Of a DNA stretch of 32,000 nt, positions 15,774-23,765 are shown in pieces. Source of the DNA: Candidatus Thorarchaeota archaeon (GTDB lineage: Archaea > Asgardarchaeota > Thorarchaeia > Thorarchaeales > Thorarchaeaceae); NCBI GenBank assembly GCA_003345555.1, contig PRDJ01000039.1, positions 46,954 through 78,953 of the forward strand, read 5' to 3'. Below the pieces are notes generated by a model. It saw only the letters and a program-made list of their open reading frames with translations, was not told where the DNA came from and searched no databases. The number at the start of each line of letters is the position of its first letter. Position 1 is the stretch's first letter. A program made the position numbers and the translations under genes.

Positions 15774-16274
15774 TCAGCTCTGTGAATCGTGAGCGTTTCG
15801 CTTTTCGAGATGCTTGACGCAGTTGATTCTGCCGAGGTTGTCAAGTATCCAGCAGTGTTCACACACAAGTTTCCCGCACTGAACACAGGTCCCAATGTAG
15901 TGATCGGGGCCATTCATCACGACCTCAAACCGGTTCCGGCTATGGTGAGCGCAGTATGGACGGCCGCAGGCGCTGCACTCAACAGATTTTGCCTCGTTGC
16001 ACAAGCAGCATGTCCTTTCCCGTTCAGAGGAGGCTTTCATGCCTTTTCCGTGTGGTGAAGGTACTCGTCGCTGTTCCTTTTCAGGTAGCTCGAGGGAACC
16101 GGGGCAATCAGAGTACCGGCAAGGGCCGACGCCCTTATAGCGGCCACATATCCCGCAGTAGGGGTCGAGGAGTTCGCTGTCTCTTTTCATAGCATTAGAT
16201 AACCTCGCACCGTGACGGGACGACTCGTTTGACACGGTGTCGCCTTTTCGAGTCACTGGCTGGACGTCTAACAA
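15774..16274 (-). CDS. Multi-zinc-finger protein
   Basis: CxxC-x7-C-x4-C, then CxxC-x7-CxxC-x4-CxxH, then CxxC-x4-CxxC-x10-CxxH. Confidence 0.75.
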   Translation of the reverse strand: MLDVQPVTRKGDTVSNESSRHGARLSNAMKRDSELLDPYCGICGRYKGVGPCRYSDCPGSLELPEKEQRRVPSPHGKGMKASSERERTCCLCNEAKSVECSACGRPYCAHHSRNRFEVVMNGPDHYIGTCVQCGKLVCEHCWILDNLGRINCVKHLEKRNAHDSQS

Positions 16275-16327
16275 TCATCTAGAAAGGATGAAAAGCATTG
16301 CCTCGCACTTTGGGGCAAGGGACCATT

Positions 16328-18694
16328 ATGGACCACCACCATCAGCGGACTATTGTCCCAGTGGCAGCCATTAGTACTGTTGAGATGGTAACCGGTCCAC
16401 CTGTTCAGAAGCCAATCCCGGAAGACTACGTACTAGCGGATTTCGTTTTGAGGGCTATTGACAGCAAAGAGGGTCGGGATCTGGAATTCGTTTTGAAGGC
16501 ATATCTGGATTTTCTCGTCATGCCCACCGGGTCCCCCGGCAAGTGCTTCTTTGTGGAAATGCGGGGCCTGACATCAGCCTCAGTTCCCGTACTCCAAGAA
16601 TATGACTTGGATGAACTAATCAGGAAAGTGCACCATTCCGAAACACAATCACAGTTGGTTGCAGCCATCAAGGAGACAGGCGTCTATGCGCGTGGGATTA
16701 CTGGAGTCGAAGAGATTCTCCTCAGGGGCGTCGTTTCCAATCCGACTGCATCGAGCCTAGCCCAGCTACTTGCTTGGCCTATGAAGGAACAGGCCGAGAC
16801 CTACTCTATGCTATTTCCGTCAACGATTGACACCTCGTATTGCACTTCGGTTCGCAACACTCTAAGGAATCTATCTGAGTTCACCCATAAAGCGGAGACG
16901 GGTCTACCGTGGTTGGTTGACGCTCTGAGAATGAAGGCTCGTGACATCATGGCTGCTCTGGAAGGCGATCTGTCTCCGAAGTTGAGTCGGCTTGACCTCA
17001 GGATATCTGCCCTGCGCAGGGAGATTTCTGGTATCGAGTCCAAGACCAAGCAGATACCAAGGTCTGAACGACACGGGCCTAAGGAGGCCGAAACAAGAGA
17101 CCTGCTCAGGGCTCGTCAAACCGCCCTAGACAGAGACCTCAAGAGACGGGACAAGACGGTGTCGGAATCCGAGACGCTCAAGAGCGAGCTCAGTGAGACA
17201 CTGAATGCAGTCCTCTCAGAGCTTGAAGTCTCTCATGAAATGATACTGGCTTTCCGAAAGAGCATCGACTCCATAGAGGCAACTGTGGGATCTCTTGATG
17301 TGCCCGAAGATGGTATCCGACTCCTTGTTCCTGTCATCATCGCTGGGCTATCAAAGAAGGGACGACTTGACATGGTCGTATACCCTCCCTCGATACTAAT
17401 TCCCGGCACCCAGAAGGCTGGCCGCCGCAAAGACTTCACGGATTCACTGATATCGGCATCAGAGGAACTTGCACAGATTGCTGCATGGTGTGAAGAACAG
17501 ATATCAAATGATGTCACTCTGAAGAAGTCAATCCGTGACTCTTCGGAGGTTCGCAATCTTCTTGCCCTGAAGAACACAAGAGCCGCAATAGGGGAAGGAG
17601 TGAAGCTACTGTTGGCCGACGGTTTCGCGAATGAGCCGGCGGTCAATCAGATTGAAACACTTCTTTCAGGCGTGCCAGAGCATTCACTGACCTTGGATGC
17701 AACTCCGCCGGCTGGTACTGAGCTGATTCCGGGCAAGGCATCAGACTGTACGCTAATCCTTCACGTTCGCGATGAAAACGATACTCCGGTGAACCATCCG
17801 GTCCTTGAAACAGCTGACATCAAAGCCGAAGGCAATCAACAAGGAGTCATCAGGGTCCGTCTTTGGGCTGGTCTTCACAGGGCGAGCATTTCAGGAGCGG
17901 GCCACAGAAGCAAATCCATCGAGTTCAGCCTCCAATCAGGTACCGATGTTGTTATCCCTGTTGCTCTGTCTCCCCTTTCACGTGAGGAAGAGATTGAGAA
18001 GGAACTTGACCAACTAGTGGGTCGGGCGGAGCGCATTGACCAGGTTCGGAAGCGGCTGGCGGATGCATTTGGCGCACAGGGCGAAACGATGCTCAGCATT
18101 CCGGCGTATCGGAGTTCCCTAGTTGAGCTCCTAGTGGACCTCGGATACGATCCGGAATCATGGATTTCAGAAGCAAAGAAGAAGAAAGGAATGGTCAAAC
18201 GCTTTCTGAAACGAGACGACCGGGCGGATGCGCTCAGAAGAGATATCCTCCGAATTGCCGAGGAGTCAAAGCGATCAGGAGGTATCATGCTCTTTTCGGG
18301 TCTATTGGTCCAGCTGGACGCCAAGGGCTGGACAACAGACATGAATGAGGTGACGTCCATCATAGGCGGTTTGTCGCGCGATGGACTGATAGAGGGTCTA
18401 GCGACAATCGAAGGAGGTGCACGCCTAGTGAAATTCGTGCCAGTGGGGCTGACTGATGATCCTCAGAAAGTGCTGAGCCTCGCTGCAGAGAAGGATGGTC
18501 ACCTGACCCCCGAAGACGTTGTGCTGAGCCTTGGGTGGACAGAGGAAAGAGTGAGAAACGCGCTGAATCTACTTGTCGCCAATGGAGTTGCGAAGGTCCA
18601 AAAGAGCTACTCGCAAAGTACTCAGTACTGGTTCCCGGGGCTTAGAATGCGCCCCGCGAGAGAACAGGAATCGCAAAAAGATGAGACAACCTAG
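16328..18694 (+). CDS. Large protein: helical/coiled-coil N-region, small beta-sandwich, C-terminal ESCRT-II Vps22/Vps36 (EAP30)-like tandem winged helix
   Basis: C-terminus has LGYDP, SGGIMLFSGL, HLTPEDVVLSLGWTEERVRNALNLLVANGVA and QYWFPGL, matching EAP30-family hallmarks (GVDP, NGGLI.L, LGW...A...L..L...G, YWFP). Coiled coil at ~aa 225-330; PEGA/carboxypeptidase-regulatory-like strand pattern at ~17745-17975. ATG 16328; TTG 16298 is an alternative. Confidence 0.8.
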   Translation: MDHHHQRTIVPVAAISTVEMVTGPPVQKPIPEDYVLADFVLRAIDSKEGRDLEFVLKAYLDFLVMPTGSPGKCFFVEMRGLTSASVPVLQEYDLDELIRKVHHSETQSQLVAAIKETGVYARGITGVEEILLRGVVSNPTASSLAQLLAWPMKEQAETYSMLFPSTIDTSYCTSVRNTLRNLSEFTHKAETGLPWLVDALRMKARDIMAALEGDLSPKLSRLDLRISALRREISGIESKTKQIPRSERHGPKEAETRDLLRARQTALDRDLKRRDKTVSESETLKSELSETLNAVLSELEVSHEMILAFRKSIDSIEATVGSLDVPEDGIRLLVPVIIAGLSKKGRLDMVVYPPSILIPGTQKAGRRKDFTDSLISASEELAQIAAWCEEQISNDVTLKKSIRDSSEVRNLLALKNTRAAIGEGVKLLLADGFANEPAVNQIETLLSGVPEHSLTLDATPPAGTELIPGKASDCTLILHVRDENDTPVNHPVLETADIKAEGNQQGVIRVRLWAGLHRASISGAGHRSKSIEFSLQSGTDVVIPVALSPLSREEEIEKELDQLVGRAERIDQVRKRLADAFGAQGETMLSIPAYRSSLVELLVDLGYDPESWISEAKKKKGMVKRFLKRDDRADALRRDILRIAEESKRSGGIMLFSGLLVQLDAKGWTTDMNEVTSIIGGLSRDGLIEGLATIEGGARLVKFVPVGLTDDPQKVLSLAAEKDGHLTPEDVVLSLGWTEERVRNALNLLVANGVAKVQKSYSQSTQYWFPGLRMRPAREQESQKDETT

Positions 18695-19038
18695 AGCCAA
18701 TCTTCCTCCTCGTCTTCGCTGCTCTCTTCCTCTTCTTCTTCGTCTTCCTCTAACAAATCCTCTTCGGTCTCTTCTTCAATCTCCTCTTCCGGCTGTTCTT
18801 TAGCTGCGGGGCTGATCACTTCTTCTTCCTCTTCTTCTTCATCCTCGAAGAGGAAAGTTTCCTCATCTGGTTCTTCTTCACCCGGACGCTCCTTCTTGAC
18901 TTTCCTCGGTTTCTGAACGGCAAGACAGATCTCATCGTCCGGGTCAAGAAATTCGCACTCTGGACAACACTCGCCCTTGTGAGTGCAGGTATAGAAGGCT
19001 CCACATTTCCGGCAGCATTTGAGCTCTTGAGTCAACAT
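18691..19038 (-). CDS. Small Cys-rich zinc-binding protein with a long acidic tail
   Basis: CCRKC...CTHKGECCPEC...C N-terminus; the C-terminal ~60 aa are mostly Glu/Asp and end in EEEDWL; stop overlaps the convergent gene's stop (CTAG). Confidence 0.7.
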   Translation of the reverse strand: MLTQELKCCRKCGAFYTCTHKGECCPECEFLDPDDEICLAVQKPRKVKKERPGEEEPDEETFLFEDEEEEEEEVISPAAKEQPEEEIEEETEEDLLEEDEEEEEESSEDEEEDWL

Positions 19039-19199
19039 CCCACATCCAGTAGAGGTGTGTTTACCGCAAGATTACTCCGTTCACACCCAAAAAAGCTATC
19101 TCTAAGCTCAAACCGACTTTTGTGATTGGACGTGATGGTATGCATGGCCAGTCAAAGTTAAATGATTGGCCCAAGCACCCAACTCCGGGTTGCATGTGA

Positions 19200-20933
19200 T
19201 TGAGCGATCTGAATCTGGAAATCCGCAAGTTTGTGCTTGAAAACGCGATTAGGTACAGCGGGACTCCGGACGCCAAGTCCGTGATGAGTGCTCTGCTCGG
19301 GGCTCGTGCAGACCTGCGTTCACGGGCCTCAGAGGTGAAAGCGATAGTCGAGAGGACGGTGACTGAGGTCGGGAAGCTCTCTCTCGAACAGCAACAATCT
19401 TTGTTGGCCGAAATCGCTCCCGAAATGCTGGGACAGGAGGCAGAATCTAAGATCGGTCCGAAGGGGCTTCCTGATTTACCAAACCTGAGTAGTTGGCCCA
19501 AGGTCGTCATGCGGATGGCTCCATTTCCATCAGGTCCGCTCCACATAGGCAACTCCCGCATGGTCATACTCAATGATTACTATGTTCAACGGTACAACGG
19601 CAAGCTAATCCTCGTGTACGACGACACCATCGGGTCAGAAGAGAAGGTGCTTGAGCCCGATGCCTACGATCTAATACGGGAAGGTCTTGAATACCTCGGT
19701 GTCAAGTATCATCAGACCATATACAAGTCCGATAGGTTGGATGTATTCTACAGGTATGCAGTTGACCTCATCAGTAATTCACAAGCGTACGTGTGCACCT
19801 GCGATGCTGAAGTATGGCGGAAACAGAACAAGGTCAAGGGAAAGCCATGTGCATGTCGTGATCTCAGTCCTGAAGAGAACCTCGCTCGTTGGGAGAAAAT
19901 GGTTGATGGCTCATACACAGTGAAGGCCGCTGCGGTTAGGCTCAAGACTGGCATGGACCTGCCCGACCCTGCACTTAGAGACCATGTCATTCTCAGGATT
20001 TCAGAGGCACCACACCCGAGGGTGGGAACCAAGTACAGAGTCTGGCCCCTTCTCGAGTTTTCGTGGGGAATTGATGACCATGAGCTCGGCATCTCTCACA
20101 TAATAAGAGGAAAAGATCTCGTGAAGGAAGGGAAAATCGAGGAGTTCGTGTGGAATATCTACGGCTGGCCGCATCCAGAGTTGCTTTATTATGGCAAGCT
20201 GAGGTTCGAGGACGCTACTTTGAGCAAGAGCAAGTCCCGCAAAGAAGTGAAATCGGGTGCCTACAGTGGTTGGGATGATCCTCGGACTTGGAGCATGCAA
20301 TCGCTTGCGAAACGCGGAATCGAGGCACAAGCTCTCCGGAAAGTCATGCTTGACCTCGGTCTCAGCATGGTTGACATATCGATTTCAATGAAGGCCGTAT
20401 ACTCAGAAAACAGAAAGCTGAAGGATGCAGAAGCACCGAGGTTATTCTATGTGGATGACCCGGTCTGGCTGGGTCTAACTCGAGTTCCTGCCGAAATACG
20501 AGAAGCAGACGCACCCATACACCCTGACTTTCCTGAGCGCGGCAACAGGCACATTCCGCTTGTGCGAAAAGGCACGAAGCTAGCTGTGGGCATAAGTGAT
20601 CTTGACTATCAGCGGTTTGAAGATGGACAGATCTTCCGGCTCAAGGACTTTGCCAACTTCACATTGAAGAAGGGCCCGACCCCTAGTGCAGGTTTCCACA
20701 GTCGCGAGGTGGAGAGGGCAAGAGAGGCCAACGCCTCAATCATCCATTGGGTACCAAAGGAAGGTCGCGTTGGCGTGGAGATGACTTGGGCGGATGGCAA
20801 TCGGACAGCGGGCTTCGCAGAACCCTCCGTGTCTGGGGTTGCCGCTGGGACGCTCGTTCAGTTTGAACGTGTGGGCTTCGCCCGTATCTATGAGATCAGT
20901 CCTTCAATAAGGGCTGCATTTGCTCACAAGTAA
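19200..20933 (+). CDS. gltX: Glutamate--tRNA ligase (archaeal type)
   Basis: RMAPFPSGPLHIGN (HIGH), DDT, CTC/CACR zinc motif, HIIRGKD, LSKS (KMSKS), GWDDPR; archaeal N-terminal extension. Confidence 0.97.
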   Translation: MSDLNLEIRKFVLENAIRYSGTPDAKSVMSALLGARADLRSRASEVKAIVERTVTEVGKLSLEQQQSLLAEIAPEMLGQEAESKIGPKGLPDLPNLSSWPKVVMRMAPFPSGPLHIGNSRMVILNDYYVQRYNGKLILVYDDTIGSEEKVLEPDAYDLIREGLEYLGVKYHQTIYKSDRLDVFYRYAVDLISNSQAYVCTCDAEVWRKQNKVKGKPCACRDLSPEENLARWEKMVDGSYTVKAAAVRLKTGMDLPDPALRDHVILRISEAPHPRVGTKYRVWPLLEFSWGIDDHELGISHIIRGKDLVKEGKIEEFVWNIYGWPHPELLYYGKLRFEDATLSKSKSRKEVKSGAYSGWDDPRTWSMQSLAKRGIEAQALRKVMLDLGLSMVDISISMKAVYSENRKLKDAEAPRLFYVDDPVWLGLTRVPAEIREADAPIHPDFPERGNRHIPLVRKGTKLAVGISDLDYQRFEDGQIFRLKDFANFTLKKGPTPSAGFHSREVERAREANASIIHWVPKEGRVGVEMTWADGNRTAGFAEPSVSGVAAGTLVQFERVGFARIYEISPSIRAAFAHK

Positions 20934-20951
20934 CCGTGGAGTCTTAATCAT

Positions 20952-22139
20952 ATGGAACCAGAGTACTCGGCTGTACTTCTCAGATATGGTGAGATTGGCA
21001 TTAAGTCAAGGCAGACCAGAAAGCACATGGTGGACCTTCTCGTCAAGCATGTGGGTACTGCCCTGAGGGAGAAGGGAACTCCGTTCGACAGAATACGGAC
21101 GGAGTATGGTCGTATCTTCATCGAGACAAGTGACGCTCCGAGAGCAGCTGCCGTTGCCTCGCGTGTCTTCGGCATTGTGTCGGTATCCCCTGTAATCGTA
21201 GTGGAATCGGCCATGGAGAAGATACTCGAGATGGGGCTCTTGGTGGCCCAGAAGCATTTCACGAGGGGGAAGAGCTTCGCTGTTCGAGCCAGCAGACTGG
21301 GGTCGCATGCCTATACGAGCCAAGAGATTAGAGAACAGCTGGGTGCCCGGATTCTGGAGGGATTGTCCGAGCTTGAACTAAGGGTTGATCTTGATTCGCC
21401 AGATCAGTACATATACGTCGAAGTGAGAAATGACAGGGCCTATTTGTTCACACAGACGGTCAAGGGTGTGGGGGGAATGCCCACAGGTTCCCAAGGCACC
21501 GTGGTCTGTCTAATCTCAAGTGGCCTGGACTCTCCTGTCGCAGCATACAAGGCTATGAAGAGGGGCTGCATACCGGTCTTTGTCACATTCGACAATATGC
21601 CCTACTCAAATGAAGCCTGCGCCAACATAGCGGTGAAGCAGGCAAGTCTGCTGGCACAATACATCTACGACCACGAAGTCAAGATGTATATTGTGCCGCA
21701 TGGGCTGGACCTAACCGATATTGTTGATCACGTACCGCAACGGATGACTTGTCTGTACTGCAAGAGGAATATGTTCCGATTGGGGCGTGAAGTCGCTATC
21801 AGGGAAAACGCTGATGCTATAGTGACCGGCGAGATAATCGGTGAACAAGCGTCTCAAACTAGCAGGAACCTGAGAGCGACCAGCAGTGCGGTCTGTGACT
21901 TTCCGATACTGAGACCCTGCATCGGAGAAGATAAGGTGGACATAGAGCATTTGGGCATGGAGATTGGCACCTATCAATTCGCGAAGGAGAATGTTTCTTG
22001 TTGTACCCTTCCTCCCAAGTATCCGGTCGTGAGGGCGAACATTGACGAAGTAGGTGCGTTAGAAGGGGGCATGGATCTGAGCGTCCTCGATAAGGAAATC
22101 TCTCTCGCAAAGGTAATCGTCTTGAGGTCTGTTGAGTGA
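20952..22139 (+). CDS. thiI: tRNA 4-thiouridine synthase (THUMP + PP-loop, no rhodanese domain)
   Basis: LRYGEIGIKS N-terminus, THUMP domain, GGMPTG, SSGLDS PP-loop, CLYCKRNM, TGEIIGEQASQT, RPCIG.DK. Confidence 0.95.
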   Translation: MEPEYSAVLLRYGEIGIKSRQTRKHMVDLLVKHVGTALREKGTPFDRIRTEYGRIFIETSDAPRAAAVASRVFGIVSVSPVIVVESAMEKILEMGLLVAQKHFTRGKSFAVRASRLGSHAYTSQEIREQLGARILEGLSELELRVDLDSPDQYIYVEVRNDRAYLFTQTVKGVGGMPTGSQGTVVCLISSGLDSPVAAYKAMKRGCIPVFVTFDNMPYSNEACANIAVKQASLLAQYIYDHEVKMYIVPHGLDLTDIVDHVPQRMTCLYCKRNMFRLGREVAIRENADAIVTGEIIGEQASQTSRNLRATSSAVCDFPILRPCIGEDKVDIEHLGMEIGTYQFAKENVSCCTLPPKYPVVRANIDEVGALEGGMDLSVLDKEISLAKVIVLRSVE

Positions 22140-22292
22140 ATGGCGCCCCATGCCAGATTGATGCGCCAATCTATGATAAACCAAATCGCAGTCCATGGAC
22201 GTTTCGTTCTCAAAACCAATGTCTTAAATAGTGCAACGGGGGAATAGAAGTTTATGAGGACTGCTTCGGGCAGTCCGAGGAGCGAGAACACT

Positions 22293-22529
22293 TTGCCGAG
22301 GTCCAGAAAGGACAGGATTATCCCTGTTGCGCCCGTAGATCGCCTCATACGAAAGGCAGGCGCTGGTCGAGTGAGTGACAAGGGTTCGGAGAGGTTGGCG
22401 GCAATCTTGGAGGAAGTCGGCGAATTCCTTGCAAGGCGAGCTTTTGAGCTGACGGAGCATACAGGTCGTAAGACAATTACTGACAAGGACATCGATTTAG
22501 CTTACAAACAGTGGACCAAGCCCAAGTAA
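22293..22529 (+). CDS. Archaeal histone (HMf/HTk family) with a short basic N-terminal extension
   Basis: IPVAPVDRLIRKAGAGRVS...LAAILEE...HTGRKTITDKDIDLA aligns to HMfB, including the R10/R19 and RKT..D (R52-D59) residues. TTG 22293 follows GAGG and a TTTATG TATA-like box at 22251; ATG 22254 is an alternative. Confidence 0.93.
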   Translation: MPRSRKDRIIPVAPVDRLIRKAGAGRVSDKGSERLAAILEEVGEFLARRAFELTEHTGRKTITDKDIDLAYKQWTKPK

Positions 22530-22610
22530 TCGAACACGAGACGAGTTTCTTCGTTATCCCTAATAGCCAAGGGTGGTTCACATTGACTCCCGAGAAGGAG
22601 AAAGAGCCCA

Positions 22611-23309
22611 GTGCAGCAGCCAAAGACAGATGCAAGTGTAAGCGAAAGAACTGCACTTCTGTCCCTTCATGATGTAAGTCCTGCCTTTGAAGACGATGTT
22701 GTAAAGACCATAGACAGACTGACTGACATGGGCATCGAGAGCTTCACCTTGCTTGTTACGCCATTTTACGGAATGAAAATGTCGAATAGCATTGAGAAAA
22801 GCGAGCTCTTCTGCAAGTACCTCCAGTCTCTTGGTCTGGAGATTTCTATGCATGGGTACTCGCATCTCTCGAAGTCCGGTGCCGGGGACGAGTTCACAAG
22901 AATGGTCCAAGACCGAGCAATTGCCAGACTACGATCGGGCTTCAGCGCAGTCGAGAAGGCAATCGGAAAGAAGCCGAGCGGATTCATTCCACCCCTATGG
23001 CAGGCGCCCTTAAGAATTGTCGACGCTGCGAGATTGACTGGTTTCAGATACTGCGCGGTCGGCAACAGGCTCTATTCATTTGCCGAGCCGAGGGTCTTCA
23101 CGACAGCTCAGTATCTTGTCAGCGAGGGCGCGGCTCGCACTTCTTTCGTTGATTCAGTAGTCGAGCTCGAGCTAGGCGGCCCCGTACAGGTGGGGGTCCA
23201 TCCCCTAGACCTACGGACAAACAAGGTTCTCGAAATGCTTGACGATATGAGGGATCGACTGGGGTACCGTTTCACGGGCTATCTCAATTTCCTTGACTCT
23301 GTTCATTGA
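22611..23309 (+). CDS. Polysaccharide deacetylase-like protein (DUF2334/NodB fold)
   Basis: LHDVSP, MHGYSH, GFIPP, VHP motifs; no obvious signal peptide. Confidence 0.85.
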   Translation: MQQPKTDASVSERTALLSLHDVSPAFEDDVVKTIDRLTDMGIESFTLLVTPFYGMKMSNSIEKSELFCKYLQSLGLEISMHGYSHLSKSGAGDEFTRMVQDRAIARLRSGFSAVEKAIGKKPSGFIPPLWQAPLRIVDAARLTGFRYCAVGNRLYSFAEPRVFTTAQYLVSEGAARTSFVDSVVELELGGPVQVGVHPLDLRTNKVLEMLDDMRDRLGYRFTGYLNFLDSVH

Positions 23310-23765
23310 GCGACTCCCTGATCAGCCTGCTGGTGAACTCAGAGGTCGTCGCCGGCAACTCACTTTCCGGCCCATTGGCTTGGATAGTCGTGCCATGTGC
23401 AAGTCTTTGATTCCAACACCTTAAGCTTATCAATAAAGAACGCAGATGAACGACCGTCTTGCCAAGCGCGTCGCGATATGGCTGACTGCACGACAATCGC
23501 GAAATCGCGTGCTCCAACGATTCTGCCGCACGGAGGGCTTTGGTGATTTGAATCCGAAGTCACGGTTCTGCAAGTGGTCAACCGCCGCATGTGTCGGATG
23601 GCCAAAAAAAGGAACGGCTTTGCGACCAAACGAATGGCTTTGTACGGAATTGCTTATTATGCGAAGCCAAACAACTGGGCGTCATTCCGAAGTGAGCCGG
23701 TCAGGCCGTCTGATAGCTATCCCGTATCCATCCATCGTAGGGAACGATGCTGGAGGTAGTGATTG

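Noticed and set aside
22293-23309. Histone plus adjacent deacetylase as a histone-deacetylation module
   Set aside because: The deacetylase has NodB/DUF2334 carbohydrate-esterase motifs, not HDAC or sirtuin motifs; adjacency alone is not evidence.
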